A stretch of DNA of 43,354 nucleotides, counting the filler, from Jimgerdemannia flammicorona (Eukaryota), in assembly GCA_003990765.1 (NCBI GenBank). It is 2 parts of 2 records of this genome, joined end to end, with 100 filler letters (N's around TTAATTAATTAA, not from the genome) between each part and the next. Parts side by side here need not be neighbours in the genome. Positions count along the whole stretch, not along the records: positions 1 to 21,628 come from RBNJ01001418.1; positions 21,729 to 43,354 come from RBNJ01001419.1. One strand, given 5' to 3'. The position numbers were made by a program, and so were the translations under genes. Below, piece by piece: positions 12,373 through 21,754 of the stretch. Every line of letters begins with the position of its first letter. Within the stretch, counting starts at the first letter, position 1. The notes beneath the pieces were generated by a model. It did no database searches. It was not told the DNA's origin and worked only from the letters and a program-made list of their open reading frames with translations.

Positions 12373-14267
12373 ATGAGCATCTAGTCAGGAGGGAGGTAGG
12401 GCCTTTGGCTAGCAGTAAGTGGGGAGGAGGGGAGACAGTCTGGGGATGCCAGGGGTCTCAATGGCTAGCCGAAGCCCTGGTGGTGGAGGGAGGAGAGGCC
12501 TGAGGCAGCAAGGAGGAGAGAGGTTGACCTTTGCTGACAAGGTCAAAATGGGGAAGATGACCTCTGGTCTGGATGGTTAATTGGGCCTGGGAAAGGCATT
12601 GACAGCTATTGCTGGGGGATAGAGAGGAGGGCCCAGGGGAGTGTCCAGTGGTAGGGGAGAAGGGGGAGTAGGGGCTGGAGATGTAACTGTTGATGGGGCT
12701 GTGACTGGAGATCTGGCAAAAAATCCAGATGTGATGGTGGTTGCTAATTCAGGACAGAGAGTGGGCACAAGGCCCAGGGACCTAGTGGATGGGGTGATGG
12801 GTATGGTGTCAGCACTGTTACTCAAGAAATTGAGGTTGGAATTCATGGTCACTTTGTGTTTCAGGGGCTTGGCAGTGACTGCAAGGATGATCTTAGGACT
12901 GGTGGCACAAGAGGCAAAAGGAGCAGCTTTGGTGAAGTTTTTGAAGGAAAAGGAAGGGGTTGAGGTGGGGTTTGAGGATGAAGAAGTGTTTGCTGGCAGC
13001 CATGGAGAAGGGGGTGACAGTTGGAGGGGTTGTGGTCCCTATGGCCAGGTATATATGCTGGGACCCCCAAGTGGTGCAGTTGATGGTGTTGGATTTTCCT
13101 ATGGTGTCAAAGGAGAGGGCTAGAGAGTTGATTATGGAGGCAGTCAAGGAGTATGGGGAGATTGTGGATGTTGGGTTCAAGGTCTGGGAGGGTACAGAGC
13201 TCTGGACTAGTGATGTCAATATCAGGGTGAGACTGGCTGGAAAGGAGAACATGGGGAAGACAAGGGACTGGCCAGTGACTCTGAGGTGGAGACCTGTGGA
13301 GTGCAAGGTCATGAGGATGAAGGAGACTCAGGAAGAGGAGGAAGACTTGCTTGAGGCTCTGGAGAATCTGGAAGGGGCAGTCAAGAGGAGGAGATTGGCC
13401 TGGAAGGAGTATGAGGCCAGGATGGTGGTGGAAGAAGTTGATGAGAAGAGGGTCAGGATGGATCAGGTGACATGGGAGAGGATGCAGGGGAGGAAAATCC
13501 AGAAGGAGTTGCTGGAAAAGTTGGGTGGTGGTGGAGCAGGCAGCAGCACAGGGGATGGGAAAGCAGGATTGCAGGAGAGTGCCTGGGCTGGGGGAAGCAG
13601 GATGGCCCAAGGTGGGGCTCAGGTTGGATTGGAAGAGGTGAGGGAAGGCAGTGTGGAGGCAGATGTGGAAATGAGCAAAGGTGTACACCCTCAGTATAGT
13701 GTCCTGGGGGGAGCAGGGGGGGAGGAGGAGTTGCTGGATATGCCAGATGAGGAGTGGAATGAGTCAGTGAGAAGGAGCACTCTGGTGGATACAGAGATAG
13801 AGGGTGGTCAGATCACCCAGAGTGTGGCAGAGACAGTGGATGAGGAGAAGTGGCTGTGGAAGACCCTGGAAGGGGTAGCAGCAGAGGAGCTGGGGGGAGA
13901 GGATTTCTGGGTTATGGAAGAGAGACATTGAGAGGAAATCCTACAGAGGGAGGAGGTACCAAGGAAGGTGAGGAATGAGATACTGGTGGTCCTCTTGGAA
14001 TTGGTTGAATACCAAGTCGATGATCAGAGAGAGGAGGAACTTAGGGGGATTGCAAATGACTGGGCAGCATTCTTGTGGAACTTGAAGAAGGGATTGGAGA
14101 AGTGGCATACAGTCTGCATAGACTACTGGTCAGAAATGGAGGTGGTGGATGGGGTAGAATGTCAGGAAATCTTGGAGGCACTGGATGCTCAGGCTGTTGC
14201 AGAGGGTGACTTAGAAGCAGAGCAGTACTTGGATCTGGCTAGGGATGAGATGAGCATGGAATATTAG
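12373..14267 (+). pseudogene. LINE ORF1 (Gly-rich N-terminus, RRM-like region, acidic coiled-coil C-terminus), disrupted
   Basis: TFADKVK motif shared with ORF 21337; LDFPMVSKERARELIMEAVKEYGEIVDVGFK segment. Located 5' of ORF2; stops and frameshifts. Confidence 0.75.
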
Positions 14268-14298
14268 GCTGGAATCTCAAATTCAAACATTTTTCAAT

Positions 14299-17200
14299 AT
14301 GAATAGTATAACTAGAATATTCTCTTTGAACATGAATGGGTTATAGGGGGCAGCTAGGAGGAAGTATATATTTGGATGGCTAAAGGGACTGGATGCAGAT
14401 CTCTTCTTGCTGCAGGATGTCCATTATGAGGCAGATGTGGACTTATAGGATTAGACTAAGGAATGGGGAGGGGCAGTGGTATGGATGGGGAGGGTGGGTA
14501 TCCTCATTCAAAAAGGGATGGGGGATATTGGGGACATTAGACATTGGAGGTCTTGGGTGGTGTGGGGAGTGTGGAAGAGGTCTGGACAAAGCCCGTTGAT
14601 AGTTGGGTCTTATTACTGCCCGGCTGAGAGAGGGGAGTAGGTGGATTGGATTCGTGGGTTGAAAGAGGCTGGTGTCTTGGGTGAGGTTGGGTTGGACTGC
14701 TTGGGAGGTGACTTCAACATGGTATAGGATAAGGAGATGGACAGGACAGATAGCAGGAGGGGCATGCAGAGCAAGAGTAGTGGGTTGGATGACTGGTTGG
14801 AGACAGAGAGGTTGAGTTCTTTGGTGGATTCAGGAAGACAATTTGAGACAATTGGCAGGTATATACTTACTGGGTGGCAGGGCTGGGCTCCAGGATTGAC
14901 TGGATCTTGACAGCAGAGTGCTGGGGAGTAGATGTCTGGACAGCACTGGAGGTGGTTTAGTGTCCATGGTCTGATCACTGGGGGCTGCTAGGAGGGGAGA
15001 GGTTTGGGGGAAGTGGGGATGGGCCTGGACATTAGTGACTAAATTCTTCTTTATTGAAGGATGGGGTTTTGTGGATGGATTGGGAAAAGGAGGTTATTGG
15101 GAGTATTGGGAGGTGGCAGGACCAGGGCCTAGTGATTGGGGACTGCTGGAGGAGGCTGAAGGCAAATGCTCAGGGGTATTGGAGGGAAGCAGGGAAAGGA
15201 AGGTATGCTCAATGATAGTGTAGAGTGCTATGGGCCTCACAGTGATTGGTAGTGCTTATGAGGAGATAGGCAGATGTGCTTGATGATTGGGAGGTATCTG
15301 ACTGGCATATTGTAAGGATCCAAAAGGAGGTTGAGAAGCTTAAAGGAGTGTTACAAAGAGAGGAGGAGGTACAGCTGCAGGAGATGGTGGCCTAGCTGTG
15401 GTGGCAGGGGCTTGAGGAGGGGGAGAGACCTACTAGGTTTCTATCATGGTTGTTACAAGCATGACGAATGAAGCAGCAGTGGGAGGGAGTCCTGGATGAG
15501 GATGGGGAGCTGGTGGTGAAGACTCAGACAATTTTAGGACTGCTGAGAACCCAGTAGGAGGATCTATGGAGTGAGGAAGAAGGAGGGGAGAATGCCTTGG
15601 ACATTGAGAGACAGCTGGGGGACTGGCATTCAGACCCTGCAAGGGGTCTGGGGACTTTGGGGGACCCAGTGAGTGGAGAGGAAATCTGCAAGGTTTTGGC
15701 TTTGACAAGTAAGGGGATGGCTCTGACTTAAAAATAAAAAAAAAAAAAGTAAGGGGATAGCTCTGGAGGAGGATGGTCTTCTCTGGGATTTTTGGAAGAG
15801 GATAGCTGGGGTGAGTGAGGTACTGGAGGAAATGACAGCTATGTATGATGAGGTCATTTGGTCTGGATCTTGGATTGGGGGCCAGTGTCTGGAGCTGGTC
15901 TCCTTACTCTACAAGAATAAGAGAAGATGGGAAGATTGGAAGAACTGGCAGCTGATCATGCTTCTCGACATGGACCACAAGCTGGTGATGAAGATATTGG
16001 TGATGAGACTGTAAGGAATTGCTCAGCAAGTACTTGGTGTGGAACAATATGGATTTGTTGATGGCTGGTTGATCTATGATGGGATGGCTTGGGTACATGG
16101 TGTGATTGAGGGAGTCTAGACTACAGGGGTGGATGGTCAGTTGGTCTTTCTGGATCAGGAGAAGGCATATGATAGAGTGCAGAGGGTCTGGCTAGAGGGA
16201 GTGTTGAAATGGATTGGTACTCCCCCAGGGTTCTGTGGATCATTGATCAGCCTTTTGGAGGATAGTCAGGCTGCATTGGTAGTCAATGACCACAGGGGTA
16301 TAGCCTTTCTCCTTGGTCATGGGGTGCCTCAAGGTGACCCCTTGTCACCCATATTGTATGCCCTCTCCCTGGAGCCCCTACTGGACAGAATCTGGCATTA
16401 TATTGGGGGTTTGGACATTCTAGGGATTAATTGGAAGATGGGGACCTTTGCAGATGACATGGTGGTTAGACTGAGCTCACTGGTGGATGTAGGGGAGTTA
16501 CAGCAGTCTGTTGAATAGTATGAGAGGGAATCTGATGCTAAACTCAACTGGTACAAATGCAAGACTCTGGTGCTAGGTGGTGGAATTGTTGGTGGCAATG
16601 TAATTGGGACAGTGGTGCCAGCAGGTGAACCAGTGCATTACTTGGAGATTTACTTCTTGGTGTTTGGGTCACTTCTCCCCCATGCATAGTGGGACCAACA
16701 ACTTCTGGAGTGGGGAAATGTACTTCTGTGATGGGGTGGTTGGCATATGTCCTTAGCTAGAAGGGTGGTAATGATGAATGTGTATTGGCTGCTGAAGCTG
16801 TGATATGTGAGGTATTATCTGAATTTCCCAGCTTGGGTGGTCAGGAGGCTGTTGAAGATGGCATGATCATGGATCTGGGGAGGGCAGTGAAGTCAGATTG
16901 GTTGAGAGGTACTCACACTACTGGTGGAAAGAGGTGGGCTGGGTTTAGTGGACTTTACTAAACAGCTTCATTGTTTGAGGGCCTGGTGGCTGAGGAGAGC
17001 AAGTAAGCTGAGAGGCTGGGAGTGAGTGCCACTCATGCAGAGGGTATGGGAGGTCCAGTATTCCCCTCATGGAGACTCTGGCGACCTGCTTGTGATGGTG
17101 GCCATGGAGGGGAGCAGAAGGATACAGTATAAGGGCTTCTAGTGGGGGGTGGTGGATGGCACTAAGAGAATTGGACTCCAGTGGTAGGGTGATGAAGGAG

Positions 17201-18046
17201 AGGAGGATTGGGGACCACAGATGTGGTGGTGGGACAGGCTACTGCTGGGTGGTGTGTTGGTGGAGGACTTCCAGCTTGAGGAGGGTATAGAGTGTCTGCA
17301 GGGCTTGGGTGGAGATCTTTGGTCTAAAGCCTGGCAGAGGGTTGGGATTGGCAAGGAGTAGGACTGGAATGGGCTCTAGTATTGGAATAAGTGGGTGATG
17401 TAGTGGCTGCCCTCCAAGTTCTGAATAGTATGGTGGTGAGTTTTACAGTGGAATGTGATGCTGAACTATTGGTCTGGATACTTGGTGGATGGTGGCACAT
17501 TTGAGTGTGAGGAATGTTTCAATATTGGTCAGGAAGGAGGAGTAGTACAAATGCCTGAACATTGGCTTGGTGAGTGCGACATTTTGGAGGTATTTTGGAG
17601 ACATATTATGGACCAGTTAGGGCTATGAGCCCTGGAAGGTGGGGAAGTGGAGAGATGGGGAGAGCTCTGCTGAAGGCTGGTCAGTGGGGTTGGGGATGAA
17701 TGGCTGACTCTTGGCTGGGCTCTGGCCATATAGGTGGGGATGGCTGGGTATTGGATATATGTATTTGAGGAGGGTCAGCAGGTTGGGGTTGGGGACAAGG
17801 TGGCACATTAAGAATGGCTATTACTGGACATTTTGAATGGCTGGTGGTGAGGGTGGGGGCCAGGTGGGGGGAGTTGCAGAGGTTTGGTACAGTGTATCTC
17901 CCAGAAGAGTAGCAGAAGGATCCAGGTGGTGGGTGGCTGGGTTGTGCTCAGGCAGGGGAGCATTGAGGGGAGAGGAATGGGTCCATGGGGCATTGGTTAA
18001 GGGGATGGGGTGATATTGTATCATTATTGTTATAGATGGCAGTAAT
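14299..18046 (+). pseudogene. LINE ORF2 (APE endonuclease, RT, C-terminal Zn finger), disrupted
   Basis: FSLNMNGL, LLQDVH, GGDFN, RIDWI, SDH; PGEDG, LLDMDHKL, FLDQEKAYDRV, GVPQGDPLSPILY, FADD, GGLGLVD; CEEC...EHWLGEC. Confidence 0.92.
15726..15746 (+). mobile_element. Extremely 5'-truncated retroposon insertion (essentially tail only) with 19-bp TSD inside LINE-A ORF2
   Basis: aagtaaggggat(g/a)gctctg at 15707-15725 and 15747-15765 flanks acttaaaaataaaa... Confidence 0.8.
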
Positions 18047-18098
18047 AAAGGGCAGTCCAAGTGACTATAAAAATAAAAAATAAAAAAAAATAAATAAA

Positions 18099-18640
18099 AA
18101 AAGGCATTTGGAGATATTCAAACAGTTTTCTTAAAGCAAGAAAGGCTGTCTTTTGAATGTCTTTGGGGTCCATAGGGATCTCATAGAATTCTGTGAAAAG
18201 GTCCATACTGCTGAAGTATCTGGCATCCTGTAACTGATCCAAAAGGTCATCAATTCTGGGCAAAGCATAGGTATCCTTTTTAGTAACTGAGTTGAGCTTC
18301 CTGTAATTTACACAGAGTCTCCATCCTCCTTTCTTTGGTACAATAAGTATAGGGCTGGCCCAGGGACTGGTAGAGGGTTGGATGACTCCATTGTCTAAGA
18401 GTTCTTGAATGTGCTCCTTTTTAAATGTTTTTAAGTGATGGGGTATTCTATAGGATTTCTGCTAGATGGGTGTTATATTTTCTGTATTTATGCTGTAGTG
18501 ATATAATGGATTATATGGCAGATTGCCATAATTGGTGGTGAAGATATCTTGATATTTGTTGAGAAGTTCTACTAGTTGTTGCTGTTGTTGAGGTGTCAAT
18601 TATTCTCCAATGTTGGTAGAAGGCTTCACTGTCTCCTGGG
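18099..18640 (-). pseudogene. Ty3/gypsy RT N-terminal half
   Basis: LLNKYQDIF, VIQPSTSPWASPILIVPKKGGWRLCVNYRKLN, ALPRIDDLLDQL..FSSMDL..KTAF..LFEYLQMPF. Confidence 0.93.
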
Positions 18641-19036
18641 TCGCAGAGAGGCCTTTCCTTTCTTCTGGGACCTTTTGCCATTTCCCAATAGGTTTAGTTC
18701 ATAAACTTCCCTATGAGTTTGGTTGAGAAAAGGTACCAAATATCCTATGATGGTTTCTTTTGGCAAGATGATGGTCTCCCAACTTTGGTTGGTTGCTCAG
18801 GAGTGTACTGAATTCATCTTGTCAGGGAATGTGTGTCCCTCTATATCCAGGTGAGGAATATCTTCCTTGAGTTCAAAGAAAAGGTTTCTGGGGTCGGGTG
18901 GTGCAAAGATTTCGAAGGTAGTTTGTTCTCCAGGCTCTAGGATGAGATTCTTATACAGTTTGACTGGTTGGCAGTATACTTGCTGGAGAACATTCCTCTT
19001 GAGGTGATTGACTTGAAGGAGATGTACCTCATTCTT

Positions 19037-19440
19037 ATCTGAGCTCCCAAATCCTTTGGCTTGTCTTATTCCTTTAGTTAATTTGGAGACTTCTTGTAAT
19101 TGTGGGGTCTTGACCTTCATGAAGACTGCTTGAGCAATCTTCTGTCCTCTAATGATTTAGTGCCATTCTGTACTACTGTTGTGTAGCATGACCTTAATTT
19201 CGCCTATATATCCTGGGTCAATAGTTTCTCCTTCTATAGTTATTCCTTGTTTGGCAAGTCCAGACCTTGAGGTCAGTTGGATGTAAGCTCCTTGGGGTGG
19301 CTGCATGGCAAATCTAGTTCTGATCATAAAGGTTTTTCCAGGCTTGATAGATTCATCCTCTTGACTGTAAATATATACTCTACATCTTCTGGATAAGCTT
19401 TGGTCAGGGGTTTGGTCTTGGGATGTAGCAGGGCATACTG
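19037..19440 (-). pseudogene. Trimeric-type dUTPase domain within gypsy pol
   Basis: Decayed motif I (AYPED.. with an indel), II TSRSGLA, III GETIDPGYIGEIKV, IV RGQKIAQ, V RQAKGFGSSD. Confidence 0.88.
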
Positions 19441-20759
19441 GGCAATATCCTTACTGAGTTTGGGCTGTCCTAGGGCTAAAGCTCCACTAGCAGAGAGTCT
19501 TCAGGCTCTGAGGTTGAGGTGTGGCCATCTGGCTCCAGTAGAGAGATCTTGGAGATAATTGATTTCTCTTCTTTCTGTAGGGTCTAGGGCTTCCATGAAG
19601 TTGGTGGCATCTTCTGCTCATCCTTAGCAGGTTGTATATCTGATGAGAGCTAGGATATCTTCTCCTAAATCATAGATCTTGAGGGTCCTTCTTTCCAGCT
19701 TTTTGGTCTGGCTTTTTTGAATCTGGCTTCAGTTATCTCCTCTCTTCAAAGTATGAACTGTAACATCATGACTGAGATGGATCTTCTGATACCTGTAGTC
19801 TTGGCAATCTGGGTGTCTTTCATGGTTGCAATATTCCATTGCTTGGAAATGATGTTCCCAGTTATTGATCTCTTGTTGTCTCAGGAATCAGTATCCATCT
19901 TGGTCATAAGTTGGTAGAAGAGTAGATAAGGGATATACTTCTGTCTGGATAAAGAGACCTTGTCCTCTGAATCAGCTTTGCAACTTAGTAGTAACTTCTT
20001 GAAAAGTAGTTGACTGTACAACTATATTCAGGGGTTCTGGTCTCTGGGGTCTCTATCTCTTCTGTTGATCCAGTAGATGGCACTGATAGCAGTAGTCTTG
20101 GAGAGAGTAGAAGACCATTTGGTGTAGACATCTTCTTAGCTAAAAAGCCTTTTCTTGGTGAGTTTCTTTCTTGGGGATAATAGTGATTGTACTGGGTCCT
20201 TCTTCTATAATCCAAGGGTCATTGTCTTCAGGTGGTATCCATCAGGGGTCATCTCAGGGAATGAGTTTGGGGATCTCTTCTTCTTCAAGTACTTCTTGTT
20301 CAGGAACTTCTTAGTCTGGAAATTCTTCTTCCTCAGATGATTCTTGTTCCCAAATTGCTTACACTTCTGCAGCTTCAGTTGCAGGTATTTCTGGAACAAG
20401 TCTGTATTTTTTTTTCTTCTTTCTATACTCTGGGCAGGCTGTGCCAGGCAATTTTCTTGTTCCCATGATCTTGGAGGAATGCTTTGAATACTTGTATCTC
20501 TTGAGGCAGATAGGGCATCCTTTGATTTCTTCTACAATGGCTCCAATAGTGATAGGGATGGTGTTCTTGACCCACACATTGTCTTCTGGTCTGTCATCCA
20601 CTAGGTTAATTTGGAGATTGAGTCTGGGATCATTTCCATCTTCAGATTCTTTCTCTTCTTCTGTAGTAGATTCTTCACTGCTAACATATTCCTTCTGAAT
20701 AGTGACCTTCTTCTTCTTTAATTGCTCATAGCTGGTCACCTTAACTCTATACTTCTTGT

Positions 20760-21100
20760 CTCAGTAGTTAAACTTGAGTATCTGTTGACCAATGTCAACA
20801 ACTGCATTCATTTTCTTCATCCAGTTAGTATCAAGGATCATATCATAGGTAACAGCTTCAGTGACAATAGCTTTGAGGATGGAGAACTGAATGTATCTCA
20901 GTGAAATAGTGATGTTTTATACTTCTCCAAGGGGTTGAGTCCAGGTTCCATCTGCTACTATGATGCTGAGGCTGGATGGTCCATCAATAGGCCATTAGAG
21001 GATATCCAAGAATCATTTGCCAATGACACAGACAGCTGCTCTTGTGTCTATGAGGATTTTCGCTTTTTGTCCTTCAATATTCCCATATAAGTAGGTGCTG
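20760..21100 (-). pseudogene. Retropepsin aspartic protease of gypsy pol
   Basis: YLYGNIEGQKAKILIDTRAAVCVI (DTG decayed to DTR), IIVADG, YDMILDTNWM. Confidence 0.85.
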
Positions 21101-21249
21101 ACATGTCTTTCTGCAGCCTGAATAGGAATGGAAGCTGGTTCTTGCTGTGGGATGAGAACTTGGCCAGTGCTAGACCTGGTGGTTCTCAGCAATTTGTTTT
21201 GGACTCCAGCTGGTATCAGTTGCAGAAACTGCAGGAGATGGACTTCCAT

Positions 21250-21628
21250 CCATACACCTTTCTCTAGTACAATTCACGTTACACAAGACTTCAAGCAACA
21301 GTTTTCGACACTACTAGGAGAAAAGGTACTATCAACATGTCTTCGAGCAAGAGTTCCGACGGGCGTACTGGGTCGGGGGGAGCTAGGGCTTTCGGCTGGC
21401 AGGAGGTGGGGAGGGGTTTTGGCCTGGGGATGGGGGCCTTTGGAGGATCGAAAGGCGGGGAGGGCTCTGGAGGAGGACCGGTGTCAGGTGGTAACAGGGG
21501 AAGAGCTGGCCCCTCCAGCTTTGCTGACAAGGTGAAGGGGAGTGGATGGCCGGTTGGAGACAGGGCTGGAGACAGGGCTGGTGCTGCTGTGGGGAAGGGC
21601 AAGGCGAGCCTGGGGAGGGGGGGGGTCC
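21250..21628 (+). mobile_element. 5' end of a younger related LINE (LINE-B) with ORF1 start at 21337, running into the gap
   Basis: 5' UTR resembles 12266-12320. MSSSKSS..RAFGWQEVGRG..SFADKVKG parallels LINE-A ORF1. CpGs retained. Confidence 0.8.
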
Positions 21629-21728
21629 NNNNNNNNNNNNNNNNNNNNNNNNNNNNNNNNNNNNNNNNNNNNTTAATTAATTAANNNNNNNNNNNNNNNN
21701 NNNNNNNNNNNNNNNNNNNNNNNNNNNN
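21629..21728. other. Artificial assembly spacer (44 N + TTAATTAATTAA + 44 N)
   Basis: Exactly 100 bp with a six-frame stop linker in the centre. Confidence 0.95.
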
Positions 21729-21754
21729 AAAAAAAAAAAAAAAAAAAAAAAAAA

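Larger units (their letters stand above)
12266..18098 (+). mobile_element. Full-length L1/Tx1-like LINE (LINE-A) with A-rich tail and ~17-bp TSD
   Basis: TSD aaaaggcatttg(a/g)agat at 12249-12265 and 18099-18115 duplicates the LQMPF codons of the host gypsy RT. ORF1 plus ORF2; 3' end ...ccaagtgactat(aaaaat)n. Confidence 0.95.
8229..21250 (-). mobile_element. Ty3/gypsy LTR retrotransposon (5' part missing), interrupted by a LINE at 12266-18098
   Basis: PR-dUTPase-RT-RNaseH-IN order followed by an LTR on the minus strand. Confidence 0.9.

Noticed and set aside
12577..18060. Many Pro/Ser/His-rich minus-strand ORFs
   Set aside because: Antisense shadows of the G-rich LINE coding strand.
21673..21684. 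TTAATTAATTAA as a biological palindrome or piggyBac footprint
   Set aside because: Centred in symmetric N runs totalling 100 bp, so it is a synthetic linker.
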